Shown one piece after another: positions 1 to 9,071 of a stretch of DNA of 64,000 nt. The position numbers were made by a program, and so were the translations under genes. This DNA comes from an uncultured Alphaproteobacteria bacterium (GTDB lineage Bacteria > Pseudomonadota > Alphaproteobacteria > Rhizobiales > Rhodomicrobiaceae): NCBI GenBank assembly GCA_963834945.1, contig CAWIDT010000006.1:71609-135608 (forward strand), in the 5' to 3' direction. The notes under the pieces are model-generated. The model did not search any database. It was not told where the DNA came from and worked only from the letters and a program-made list of their open reading frames with translations. Within the stretch, counting starts at the first letter, position 1; every line of letters begins with the position of its first letter.

Positions 1-234
1 ATGATCGGACATTTTGCGAACAGCGTCCCGGTCGCTGTCGATGTCAAAATGCGGCGCGGTGATGAAGAGATCGATGCCGTCGAAGCCGACGCCGTCCACC
101 TGGGCGCCCGCCGTCAGCCGCAAAAACGTGTCCAGCGGGATGATCGGCTCGGAATCGGGAGCGCCCTTGCCAACCACTCCGGGCCAGGCCGCATTGTGGA
201 GTTTGGGAAAATTGTTCGTCTGCGCGTCTGCCAT
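1..234 (-). CDS. Sugar phosphate isomerase/epimerase (xylose-isomerase-like TIM barrel), 5' part, runs off window edge
   Basis: Manual translation from ATG 234 (GGAGG upstream): MADAQTNNFPKLHNAAWPGVVGKGAPDSEPIIPLDTFLRLTAGAQVDGVGFDGIDLF; not in the ORF track. Confidence 0.7.
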   Translation of the reverse strand, partial: MADAQTNNFPKLHNAAWPGVVGKGAPDSEPIIPLDTFLRLTAGAQVDGVGFDGIDLFITAPHFDIDSDRDAVRKMSDH

Positions 235-401
235 GCGCCCCTCCCAAGGGTTTATGTTTTGATGTCCGCCGATGCGGGTTTTGAGCTGACATTCAGTCCG
301 GTGGTAGAGGATGACCTTTCCGGGTTCCAGCCGAAACGGATCATATAAGCCGACCTGCGAGGGAATGAACGGCGGCGCACGTTTCGTCTCGGTTCAAATG
401 C

Positions 402-1022
402 TCAGGCTTCTGCTGCCGCCTCCTCGATGGCCGCACGTATCAGGGCGCGGGCTGCCCAATGATTGATGGCGTGGACCTCCTCCGCCTCAAGTTGCCACAT
501 GTCCTTGAGAACCAGCAACACTTCGAGCCCATAGACCAGCGACAAGGCCTTGGCCAGCCGGTCGAATGCTTCAGCCGAGAGCGTCCGACGCAGCGGCGCG
601 ATGGCGTCCCGAAGCACCTGGATGCGGTGCCCGCGCCTGAAGAGCGGCTCCGGCCCGAGCGTTCCGGCCTGGCGGCGTGCCCACTGGTCGAGCGACAGTT
701 TCAGCGCCGCCTTGAAGGTCGCCTCGAAGGCGCTGATGCGCGGCATCGACGTTTCAAGAAGATCGGCAATGCGCTCTTGCGCGTCGCTGGACTCCGACGA
801 CCATTCCAGGATGGGGCCAAGGCCGTGATCGACCGCCGCATGCACCATCGCCGCCTGGCTGGGGAAATAGCGATAGGCCGTAGCGCGCGATACGCCGGCG
901 GCTTCCGCGACATCGCTGACCGAAGGAGACAACCCGCTCTGCATCAGGCCGATCGCGGTCTCCAGCATCAGCTTTCTGGTGCGCGCCTTCGGGCCACGAG
1001 CATCGGCGGCTATTGTTCCCAT
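402..1022 (-). CDS. TetR/AcrR family transcriptional regulator
   Basis: C-terminal part of ORF 402..2423; HTH SVSDVAEAAGVSRATAYRYFP; start at 1022 or 1043. Confidence 0.88.
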   Translation of the reverse strand: MGTIAADARGPKARTRKLMLETAIGLMQSGLSPSVSDVAEAAGVSRATAYRYFPSQAAMVHAAVDHGLGPILEWSSESSDAQERIADLLETSMPRISAFEATFKAALKLSLDQWARRQAGTLGPEPLFRRGHRIQVLRDAIAPLRRTLSAEAFDRLAKALSLVYGLEVLLVLKDMWQLEAEEVHAINHWAARALIRAAIEEAAAEA

Positions 1023-1178
1023 CGCCTGGCGTGATATGCTCATATTAAAACGATACGCATATCTCAAATGCTTTGCAACGCCGCTGGCGATCTGCCGATC
1101 GGGATCCTCTCCGCGCGCATGGCGGGTCGATTCCGCCGATGCTGAATCGACGGCTGCGAGCTGGGAGGAGGCGCGCTG

Positions 1179-2372
1179 ATGACGCAGATCTATATTGTTG
1201 GCACCGCCGACACCAAGGGCGGCGAACTGGCCTATCTGGCCCAATCCATCAGGGATCTTGGGGCCAATCCTTTGATCGTCGATGTCGGAATTCGCGGTGC
1301 TACGGTCCCGGTGGACATCAGCGCACGCGAGGTTGCCGGACACGGCGGTTCGGGCGCCGACGCCATACTCTCCGCAGATGACCGCGGCGCGGCGATGAGC
1401 GGCATGACGGAGGCCTTCGAGCGGTTCATCCAGACCCGCGACGACATTGCCGGCATTGTGGGCATCGGCGGCAGCGGCGGCACGGGCATCGTCACGGCGG
1501 GCATGCGGAAACTGCGGATCGGCCTGCCCAAGATCATGATCTCCACTCTCGCCTCGGGCGATGTCGCGCCCTATGTGGGGGTCTCCGACATCATCATGAT
1601 CCCCTCGATCACCGATATGGCCGGGCTTAATCGGATCACCCGTCTCATTTTTCAGAACGCCGCCCAGGCGATCGTGGCGATGAGCGCCAACCCGCCGATG
1701 GTGGGCGGCGGCAAGCCGGCGCTTGGCCTGACCATGTTCGGGGTCACCACCCCGGCGGTGACGCAGATCACCGAACTCATGGCCGCAGATTACGAGACCT
1801 TGGTGTTCCATGCGACCGGGACGGGCGGCCGGGCGATGGAAGCGCTGGTGGACAGCGGCTTGCTCGCCGGCGTCCTCGACATCACCACCACCGAGATTTG
1901 CGACATGCTGTTCGGCGGCGTGCTGCCGGCCGGACCGGACCGCCTGGGTGCCGTTGCGCGGACGAAGCTGCCCTATGTCGGCTCGGTGGGGGCGCTGGAC
2001 ATGGTCAATTTCTGGGCGCCCGAGACCGTAGCGGCGCATTTTGCCGGGCGTCTCTTCTACAAGCACAATCCGAATGTGACGCTGATGCGGACGACGGCGC
2101 AGGAGTGCCGGGCGATCGGCGAATGGCTTGGCTATAAGCTGAATACGTGCGACGGCCCGGTGCGTTTTCTCATCCCGGAGCGGGGCGTCTCGGCGCTCGA
2201 CATCGAAGGCGGCGCCTTCTTCGACCCGGAAGCGGACAAAGCGCTGTTCGACGCCATCGCGAGCACGGTCCGCTGGACGGAGCACAGGAAACTGGAGCGG
2301 CTGCCGCTTCATATCAATGACCCGGCATTCGCAGCCGCCGCCGTCGCGGCTTTCAACGACATCGCACATTAG
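1179..2372 (+). CDS. Tm-1-like ATP-binding domain protein (UPF0261)
   Basis: GTADTKGGE, GGSGGT, TMFGVTTP, FHATGTGG, LDITTTE, GALDMVNF, HNPNVTLMRT motifs; GGAGG RBS. Confidence 0.92.
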   Translation: MTQIYIVGTADTKGGELAYLAQSIRDLGANPLIVDVGIRGATVPVDISAREVAGHGGSGADAILSADDRGAAMSGMTEAFERFIQTRDDIAGIVGIGGSGGTGIVTAGMRKLRIGLPKIMISTLASGDVAPYVGVSDIIMIPSITDMAGLNRITRLIFQNAAQAIVAMSANPPMVGGGKPALGLTMFGVTTPAVTQITELMAADYETLVFHATGTGGRAMEALVDSGLLAGVLDITTTEICDMLFGGVLPAGPDRLGAVARTKLPYVGSVGALDMVNFWAPETVAAHFAGRLFYKHNPNVTLMRTTAQECRAIGEWLGYKLNTCDGPVRFLIPERGVSALDIEGGAFFDPEADKALFDAIASTVRWTEHRKLERLPLHINDPAFAAAAVAAFNDIAH

Positions 2373-2381
2373 AGGGAAGAC

Positions 2382-2548
2382 ATGGCAGCGATTCCACGCG
2401 CGCAAATCCTGGACAGGCTTCACGACATGGTCATCGTCCAGGGGATGGCACGGGTTTTACGGTGCAAGTTCGATGGAACGCCTGCCGGTTGAGGTGGCGA
2501 TCCGAAAAGCAGGTCGAGGATTTCAAGGCGTTGCCGCTGCGCGGCTGA
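2382..2548 (+). pseudogene. Internally deleted remnant of TIM-barrel (PEP-hydrolase-like) partner of UPF0261
   Basis: N-terminus MAAIPRAQILDRLHDMV joined out of frame to C-terminal HGFYGASSMERLPVEVAI..QVEDFKALPLRG*; middle of gene absent. Confidence 0.8.
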
Positions 2549-2561
2549 TCGGAGGCAGACA

Positions 2562-2975
2562 ATGAGCAAGGAAAACAATTTCGTCTATCCCAAGGATGTC
2601 GATGCCTTCGGTTTCGACTGGGGCCGGCTGTCATTGACGGTGGCGCCCGAAACCAACGGCGCCAAGGGCTTCTCCGGGGGCGTGGTGGACCTGCCGAGCG
2701 GCCAGGGCCACGCGCGGCACAACCATCCCGGCGCGGAGGAAATCATATTCGTGATATCGGGTCACGGCCAGCAGATGGTTGAAGACCCCGATGGCAATCC
2801 GGTCACGCAGGATGTCGGTCCGGGCTGCACCGTCTTCGTGCCCGAAAGCCGCTTTCATTCGACGCTGAATACGGGCAGCGGCCCGATGCAGCTCTTTGTG
2901 GTTTATTCGCCGGCCGGCCCGGAACTCGGCCTGCGGGAGCTGCCGGATTTCCACATCATAGAGGCGGGGAGCTGA
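2562..2975 (+). CDS. Cupin domain protein
   Basis: GHARHNHPGAEEIIFVISG and VFVPESRFHSTLN cupin motifs. Confidence 0.88.
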   Translation: MSKENNFVYPKDVDAFGFDWGRLSLTVAPETNGAKGFSGGVVDLPSGQGHARHNHPGAEEIIFVISGHGQQMVEDPDGNPVTQDVGPGCTVFVPESRFHSTLNTGSGPMQLFVVYSPAGPELGLRELPDFHIIEAGS

Positions 2976-3043
2976 GTTCCACACGGTTCGGCTGGGCTGG
3001 CTGGATCACGCTTAAGTTACCAGAATGAAAGCAGCATGGCGCA

Positions 3044-3069
3044 GGAACAAAGTGGTCAGGACGTAGCTT
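3044..3069 (+). promoter_or_regulatory. Possible EcfG/RpoE2 general-stress promoter
   Basis: GGAAC-N19-TT about 35 nt upstream of ATG 3104. Confidence 0.3.
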
Positions 3070-3103
3070 GTCTGGGAGGTGAGCAAACGAAAAGGACAAT
3101 CTT

Positions 3104-3445
3104 ATGCAACGAGTGATGATCGCGTTAGCCGCATCGGCAGGTGTTCTTGCTTTGTCGGCTGGCGCATTCGCCTCCACTGGGAATGACAACGCCGCGACTG
3201 GTGTTTCTACCGGTGCCATTAAGATGGCTCAAGCTTCCGGCAGCGGAGCCTCGACCGGCAATGGCGGCAAAGCGGTGGATCAGCAGTTCATCGATCCTAA
3301 CGTAAAGGAAGCCCCAGGCAGCGATGCCGCCGCAACTCCGGGGACCGACAACCCGGGAAGTTCGGTGGACACGACGTCTTCGACCGAACCGACCACGGAT
3401 GAGAGCAAGGCGAAGAAAAATCCGTCGGGCGCTCCTGTAAAATAA
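3104..3445 (+). CDS. Small secreted low-complexity hypothetical protein
   Basis: Signal peptide (..ALSAGAFA), S/T/G/A-rich body, AAGGA RBS. Confidence 0.7.
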   Translation: MQRVMIALAASAGVLALSAGAFASTGNDNAATGVSTGAIKMAQASGSGASTGNGGKAVDQQFIDPNVKEAPGSDAAATPGTDNPGSSVDTTSSTEPTTDESKAKKNPSGAPVK

Positions 3446-3545
3446 TAATTGGACCGGCCCCTCCCCGGCTCTTAAAAGTCTCAACCTACATTGGCACGGC
3501 CCCAGGCGGGCTGTGCCAATTCTTATGAGGGAGAGCGACCCGATC

Positions 3546-4601
3546 ATGGCCGTCGAATTCCTGCCATCCGCCGCCCCGTTGTTACTGCCGTTCTATGGGG
3601 TCGAGCCGGAATTTGGGGCCGCTCCCCGCTTTTTCGGGGCAACGTCCAGCGTGCTCGGCAAGGTAACCATCGGTGCCGGCGCTTTAATCGCCGGAGGCGC
3701 AGTGATCCGCGGCGACGGTCACTTCGTGCACATCGGGGACGATGTCTCCATCGGAGAGATGGCGACCGTGCATATCGCCCACGACGTTTATCCGGCGATC
3801 ATCGGAAATCGTGTCGCCCTCGGACGGAACGCCGTCGTGCATGCATGCACCGTCGGTGACGATTGCGTGGTCGAAGACAATGCGGTCATCCTCGACGGTT
3901 CGGTGCTGGGTAACGTTGTTGTCATCGAGGCGAATTCGACGGTTTTTCCGCGCTCGGTGCTGGCGGGCGGGTTCGTCTACGCCGGAAGCCCCGCCAAACA
4001 GGTCCGCGCGCTGACGCTTGCCGAATGCGCCGAGCGTGCGCGAGCCTTACGCGAGGCGGCGGCATCCTCCACGATCAGCAAGCCGGAGGAGACGATAGGC
4101 TCCGCGACTAAAGTACCGGATGGGGTTTTCGTCGCGAAAACGGCGTGCCTTTCCGGCAGAGTTGCGCTGCATCATCAGGCGAGCGTGTTCTTTGGATGCC
4201 ACCTGCATGCAGGGGCCGGCGCGATTGTTGTAGGCGAGAACACCAACATCCAGGACAACACGCAGATCCGCAGCGCGGAGGGCGGTGTGGAGATCGGCCG
4301 CGACACCACGATCGGGCACAATGTGACGATGGGCGACGGCCGCATCGGCAATCGGGCTCTGATCGGCATCGGGTGCGTCCTGGCCGAGGGCGCCATCGTG
4401 GAGGATGACGTGCTTCTGGCTGCTGGCGCGGTCACCGGCGCCCGGCAGACAATCGGGAGCGGATGGCTATGGGGCGGGCGTCCGGCTCGGCCGCTCGCGC
4501 CGCTCGATGACGCAAAACGGGCCATGATGCGCGTTATCATCGAGCAATATTGCGACTACGCACGCACTTACCGGTCAGCACAAGCCCTGTCACACGGATG
4601 A
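3546..4601 (+). CDS. Gamma carbonic anhydrase family protein with two tandem left-handed beta-helix domains
   Basis: Hexapeptide repeats; VIRGD, VVHAC, YAGSPAK in domain 1; NIQDN, TIGH, WGGRPAR in domain 2. Confidence 0.85.
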   Translation: MAVEFLPSAAPLLLPFYGVEPEFGAAPRFFGATSSVLGKVTIGAGALIAGGAVIRGDGHFVHIGDDVSIGEMATVHIAHDVYPAIIGNRVALGRNAVVHACTVGDDCVVEDNAVILDGSVLGNVVVIEANSTVFPRSVLAGGFVYAGSPAKQVRALTLAECAERARALREAAASSTISKPEETIGSATKVPDGVFVAKTACLSGRVALHHQASVFFGCHLHAGAGAIVVGENTNIQDNTQIRSAEGGVEIGRDTTIGHNVTMGDGRIGNRALIGIGCVLAEGAIVEDDVLLAAGAVTGARQTIGSGWLWGGRPARPLAPLDDAKRAMMRVIIEQYCDYARTYRSAQALSHG

Positions 4602-4604
4602 AAT
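4587..4604 (+). promoter_or_regulatory. Candidate Pho box upstream of plcP-btaAB
   Basis: CTGTCAC-ACGG-ATGAAAT: good first half-site, weak second; context is a P-starvation gene set. Confidence 0.4.
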
Positions 4605-4653
4605 GTTAATGGTCTTTTCTGCTGCCAACGGCAACGGAAAGCAGTGATTCTGG

Positions 4654-5574
4654 GTGCAAGACACTGACGACGACCGGGAGGACAGCGAGCGGGGCCGCAC
4701 GGCCTTCCGCACGCTTTTCATCTCCGACATCCATCTGGGCACGCGCGCTTGCCAGGCCGAGGCCTTTCTGGATTTTCTGAGCGCCCATGACGCGGCCATC
4801 ATCTATCTGGTCGGCGACATCATCGATTTCTGGCGGGTACGGCGCGGGGCAATCTGGCCGCAGTCGCACAATGACGTGCTGCAGAAGCTGCTGCGCAAAG
4901 TGCGCAAGGGCGCAAAGATCTACTTCATTCCCGGCAATCACGACGAAGCGCTGCGCGCCTATTGCGGCGCCAGCTTCGGCGGCATCGAAATTCATCGCGA
5001 TGTCATCCATGTCACCGCCGACGGGCGCCGCTTGCTGATCATGCATGGCGATGAGTTCGACGTCGTCGTGCGCTATGCCAAATGGCTCGCGTTTCTGGGG
5101 GACCGCTCCTATGAATTCGCGCTCTGGTGCAACCATCCGATCAACTGGATGCGGCGGCGCTTCGGTTTCGGCTATTGGTCGCTTTCCGCCTATCTGAAGC
5201 TGCGGGTAAAGAGCGCGGTCAGTTTCATCGGCGAATTCGAGCACGCGATCGCGACCGAGGCCAAGCGCCGCCATGCGGATGGCGTGGTCTGCGGACATAT
5301 CCACCACGCCGCCGACCGGGCAATCGAAGGTATCCGCTATATCAATTGCGGTGATTGGGTGGAAAGCTGCACGGCCGTTGCCGAGGATCATGCCGGACGG
5401 CTGCGCCTGATCCGGTGGCATGACGGCCAGCTTCATCCCGCTCCGAAAACGCCGGCCGCACTTCCGGCTGCAACCCCTATGCCATTGATCGCTGGCGCGC
5501 AGACCCCGATAGCGTTCCGCCCGTCGAGCCGGGTTGCCGACCTGCAAATCAGTTCCACCGAGCGGCCTTGTTAA
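4654..5574 (+). CDS. plcP: Phospholipase C PlcP-type metallophosphoesterase (LpxH-like family)
   Basis: FISDIHLG, LVGDIID, WPQSHNDV, PGNHDE, HGDEFD, CGHIHH, NCGDWVESCT; directly upstream of btaAB. Confidence 0.8.
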   Translation: MQDTDDDREDSERGRTAFRTLFISDIHLGTRACQAEAFLDFLSAHDAAIIYLVGDIIDFWRVRRGAIWPQSHNDVLQKLLRKVRKGAKIYFIPGNHDEALRAYCGASFGGIEIHRDVIHVTADGRRLLIMHGDEFDVVVRYAKWLAFLGDRSYEFALWCNHPINWMRRRFGFGYWSLSAYLKLRVKSAVSFIGEFEHAIATEAKRRHADGVVCGHIHHAADRAIEGIRYINCGDWVESCTAVAEDHAGRLRLIRWHDGQLHPAPKTPAALPAATPMPLIAGAQTPIAFRPSSRVADLQISSTERPC

Positions 5575-5659
5575 GACCAGCCGCCGCAAGCGTGCGCGCG
5601 AGTAGAGTCACTGCAAAATTCTGGATGCCCCGGCATCCACCAATGAGAAGGAGGCACGA

Positions 5660-6907
5660 TTGGTTGAAGCTGCCAATGCCGCGACGCCCAAAAGCGGCGC
5701 AATGATCGGCGCGGCCGTCTGCCGGAGCCACCTGTTTTCGGCGGAGGGCCTCCGGGAACGGCTGTTCACGCTGGCTTTTTCCAACCTCGTCTATCCGCAA
5801 ATATGGGAAGACCCCGCGGTCGACCTGGAGGCGCTCGCACTCGATGCGCACAGCCGCGTCATCACGATCGCCTCGGGCGGCTGCAACGTGCTCAACTATC
5901 TGACCGCCGGACCGGCACACATCACCGCCGTCGACATCAACGCCGCGCATGTGGCGCTCAGCCGGTTGAAGCTTGTGGCCGCGCGCCACTTGCCGGATCG
6001 CGAGGCGTTCTACCGCTTCTTCGGCGCGGCCGACACAGCTGTGAACATCGCCGCATTCAAGCGATACATTCTGCCGCATCTGGACGCCGCGACCGCCGCC
6101 TACTGGTATGGCCGCCACGGTCTGCGCCGCCGCCGCCGGATCAGGCGGTTTGCCGATAATTTTTACCGTGCCGGGCTGCTGGGCAGCTTCATCGGCGCCA
6201 GTCACCTTGTCGCGAGGCTGCATGGCGTCAATCCGCGCACCCTGCTCAAGGCGCGCACGCTCGACGAACAGCGCCACATCTTCGACCGCGAATTGGCGCC
6301 GCTGTTCAACCGGCGCACGGTGCGCTGGCTGGTCAACCGTCCGGCGTCGCTGTATGGGCTGGGCATTCCGCCGGCACAATATAAGGCGCTTGTCGGAGAC
6401 ATGGAGGGAGGCATGGCCGAAGTGCTGCGCCAGCGCTTGGAACGGCTGGCCTGCGGCTTTCCGCTCGCCGAGAACTACTTCGCCTGGCAGGCTTTTGGGC
6501 GGCGCTACGCGAAATCCGAGAGCGGGCCGCTGCCGCCTTATCTCGACCGCGCGAATTTCGAGGCGGTGCGCGGCAACGCCTCGCGCGTCTCGGTTCATCA
6601 CGTGCCGATGACCAGCCATCTTGCCGCATCGCCCCCTGGGAGCTTCGACCGTTATGTACTGCTCGACGCACAGGACTGGATGAGCGCCGCCGATCTCACT
6701 GAACTTTGGGGCGAGATCAGCCGTACCGCGCGTCCCGGCGCCCGCGTCATCTACCGCACAGCCGGCGAGCCAACAATTCTGCCGGGGCGCGTGCCCGACA
6801 ATATCCTGTCGCGCTGGCATTATGCGGCGGAGGTCTCGTGCGCGCTGACCCTGAAGGACCGATCGGCGATCTATGGCGGGTTCCACCTCTACCAGCTCAA
6901 GGCTTGA
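5660..6907 (+). CDS. btaA: SAM:diacylglycerol 3-amino-3-carboxypropyl transferase (DUF3419)
   Basis: LVYPQIWEDP, IASGGCN, SLYGLGIPPAQY, NYFAWQAFGRRY, LLDAQDWM, DRSAIYGGFHLY. Confidence 0.92.
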   Translation: MVEAANAATPKSGAMIGAAVCRSHLFSAEGLRERLFTLAFSNLVYPQIWEDPAVDLEALALDAHSRVITIASGGCNVLNYLTAGPAHITAVDINAAHVALSRLKLVAARHLPDREAFYRFFGAADTAVNIAAFKRYILPHLDAATAAYWYGRHGLRRRRRIRRFADNFYRAGLLGSFIGASHLVARLHGVNPRTLLKARTLDEQRHIFDRELAPLFNRRTVRWLVNRPASLYGLGIPPAQYKALVGDMEGGMAEVLRQRLERLACGFPLAENYFAWQAFGRRYAKSESGPLPPYLDRANFEAVRGNASRVSVHHVPMTSHLAASPPGSFDRYVLLDAQDWMSAADLTELWGEISRTARPGARVIYRTAGEPTILPGRVPDNILSRWHYAAEVSCALTLKDRSAIYGGFHLYQLKA

Positions 6908-6912
6908 CGGGC

Positions 6913-7566
6913 ATGACGGAACTCGCTTCGGCCGCCGAGAGGATGGACGGCATCTATCGGCGGCAGCGCTTCATCTATGACGCGACGCGGCGCTATTACC
7001 TGCTCGGCCGCGACCATCTGATTGCCGATCTGCGCATACCGGGCAAAGCAAGCGTGCTGGAGATCGGCTGCGGCACGGGGCGCAACCTGATCCTGGCGGC
7101 GCGGCGTTATCCGGGGGCGCAGCTTTGTGGCCTGGACGTGTCGGAGGTCATGCTGCGGACGGCGCGGACCTCGGTGGCACGGGCCGGGCTTTCAGAACGA
7201 ATTCAGCTGGCGGCGGGCGACGCGACGGCGTTCGACGCGGCGGCCCTCTTCGGGGCGAAAAACTTCGAGCGCGTCCTCATCTCCTACGCGCTGTCCATGA
7301 TACCGGCCTGGACCGAGGTGGTGAAAAGCGCCGCAGCCTGCGTTGCAGCGGGCGGTGCGCTGCTGATCATCGATTTCGGTGATTTCGCCGGATATCCGGC
7401 GGTGGTGCAGCGCGCTCAGCACGCCTGGCTCCGCCACTTCTCGGTCACGCCCATCCCTGAATTCGAGAAGCGGATCAGCGCGCTCGCCGCCGAAATCGGC
7501 TTTACCTGCGCGACCGAACGGCTCTATGGCGGTTATGCAATCGAGGCCAGTCTGCAACGCCGCTAA
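6913..7566 (+). CDS. btaB: SAM-dependent N-methyltransferase for betaine lipid DGTS
   Basis: MDGIYRRQRFIYDATRRYYLLGRD, LEIGCGTGRN, SYALSMIP; follows btaA. Confidence 0.9.
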   Translation: MTELASAAERMDGIYRRQRFIYDATRRYYLLGRDHLIADLRIPGKASVLEIGCGTGRNLILAARRYPGAQLCGLDVSEVMLRTARTSVARAGLSERIQLAAGDATAFDAAALFGAKNFERVLISYALSMIPAWTEVVKSAAACVAAGGALLIIDFGDFAGYPAVVQRAQHAWLRHFSVTPIPEFEKRISALAAEIGFTCATERLYGGYAIEASLQRR

Positions 7567-7625
7567 AAGATGGTGCCGTCTAACCGCTTTAGGCCGCGAT
7601 AAGCTTAGTTGAAGTACTCTTTACC

Positions 7626-7707
7626 TGTCGTCCCCGCGAAAGGCGGGTCTCCGGTACTCCGCAGCAACTCTGACGTTTACTTGATACCCGCTTTCGCGGG
7701 GATGACA
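7626..7707. repeat. Palindromic REP-like element between convergent genes
   Basis: TGTCGTCCCCGCGAAAGGCGGGT ... ACCCGCTTTCGCGGGGATGACA inverted arms. Confidence 0.75.
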
Positions 7708-7713
7708 ACTGGG

Positions 7714-9021
7714 TCATGGCTGGCCAAATCCACCTGAGCTGATCCTGCATGAGCGCGGTGGCCAGCCGGCGAAAGCACTTTGCGCGCCCAGCCGCGCTTC
7801 GATCCGGAGTGCCTCGTTCCACTTTGCCATCCGTTCCGAGCGGGCGAACGAGCCGACCTTCAATTGATCGGATCGCCAGCCGATGGCGAGGTGGACGATG
7901 GTTGTGTCCTCGGTTTCGCCGGAGCGGGCCGAGATGATCGTGCGCCAGCCTGCTTCACGCGCGGCATCGAAGGCGGCGCGGGTTTCGGTCAGCGTGCCGG
8001 CTTGGTTCGGCTTGATCAGCGCGGCATTGCAGGCGGCAAGACCTATGGCGCGACGCACGCGCGCGGCCGAGGTGACGAGATAATCGTCGCCCACCACCTG
8101 CACCCGGCCGCCGACGGCTTTGGTGAACGCCGTCATGCCCGCGTCGTCGTCCTCGGCGACGGGGTCTTCGACCGAGACGATGGGATAGCGGCCGCACCAG
8201 GCGGCCAGCTTCTCCACCAACGCCTCGCTGCTCGGCCGCGCGCTGTCGGCGGCGAGCCGGTAGCCGTCGCCATGGCGGAACTGGGTGGCCGCCACGTCGA
8301 GCGCGATGCCAACGCTCTCGCCCGGCCGGTATCCGGCCCGCTCGATCGCGCGGACCGTCTGGTCGAGAGCCGCCTCGTTCGAGCCGAACTCCGGCCACCA
8401 GCCGCCTTCATCGGCGACGCCTCGAAGCAGACCCGCCTCCGCCATGAGATCGCCCGCCGCGCGGTAGACCTCGGCAACCATGACCGTTGCTTCATCGAAG
8501 GACGTGGCGGAGAGCGGCACCACCATGATGTCCTGGAGATCGATGCGCCGGCCCGCATGGGCGCCGCCGCCGAAGATCTGGATGATGGGCATCGGCAATC
8601 GTGGCGGGGCCTCGCGCGCCAGATAGCGCCAGAGCGGCACGCCGTGGCTGGAGGCCGCCGCGTGGGCCGCCGCCATGGAGACCGCGATCATGGCGTTGCC
8701 CCCGAGCCGCGCCTTGTCCGCCGTGCCATCCAGCGCAATCATCGCGTTGTCGAGCGCGGCCTGATCGTCGGCCGCCACGCCGATCAGCGCTGGTGCGATC
8801 GCCTCGCGGATGGCCCGGCAGGCAGCCTCGACGCCCAGGCCGCCGAACGACGGACCGCCGTCGCGCAGGTCGACCGCCTCACCCGATCCGCGCGATGCGC
8901 CGGCGGGTGCGATGGACCGTCCCGCCGTGCCGTCCGCCAGCGTAATTTCCGCTTCGACGGTGGGGCGCCCGCGCGAATCCCACACACGCCGCGCAGTCAC
9001 GCTTTCGATGCGGGTCTTCAT
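7714..9021 (-). CDS. eno: Enolase (phosphopyruvate hydratase) family protein, divergent paralog
   Basis: DSRGRPTVE, DEGG, EDP, VGDD, IKPNQAGTLTE, RSGETED, RSERMAKWN; several non-canonical residues. Confidence 0.85.
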   Translation of the reverse strand: MKTRIESVTARRVWDSRGRPTVEAEITLADGTAGRSIAPAGASRGSGEAVDLRDGGPSFGGLGVEAACRAIREAIAPALIGVAADDQAALDNAMIALDGTADKARLGGNAMIAVSMAAAHAAASSHGVPLWRYLAREAPPRLPMPIIQIFGGGAHAGRRIDLQDIMVVPLSATSFDEATVMVAEVYRAAGDLMAEAGLLRGVADEGGWWPEFGSNEAALDQTVRAIERAGYRPGESVGIALDVAATQFRHGDGYRLAADSARPSSEALVEKLAAWCGRYPIVSVEDPVAEDDDAGMTAFTKAVGGRVQVVGDDYLVTSAARVRRAIGLAACNAALIKPNQAGTLTETRAAFDAAREAGWRTIISARSGETEDTTIVHLAIGWRSDQLKVGSFARSERMAKWNEALRIEARLGAQSAFAGWPPRSCRISSGGFGQP

Positions 9022-9071
9022 TCAGACGGTTCCCTTCGGCGGGTACGCATCGCTCCGGTGGCGAAGGCGCA

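Noticed and set aside
1023-2423. 673-aa ORF 402..2423 as one protein
   Set aside because: The N-terminal part is the antisense shadow of the UPF0261 gene; only the TetR portion looks real
3491-3510. Sigma-54 promoter at TGGCACG
   Set aside because: No TTGC at the required spacing
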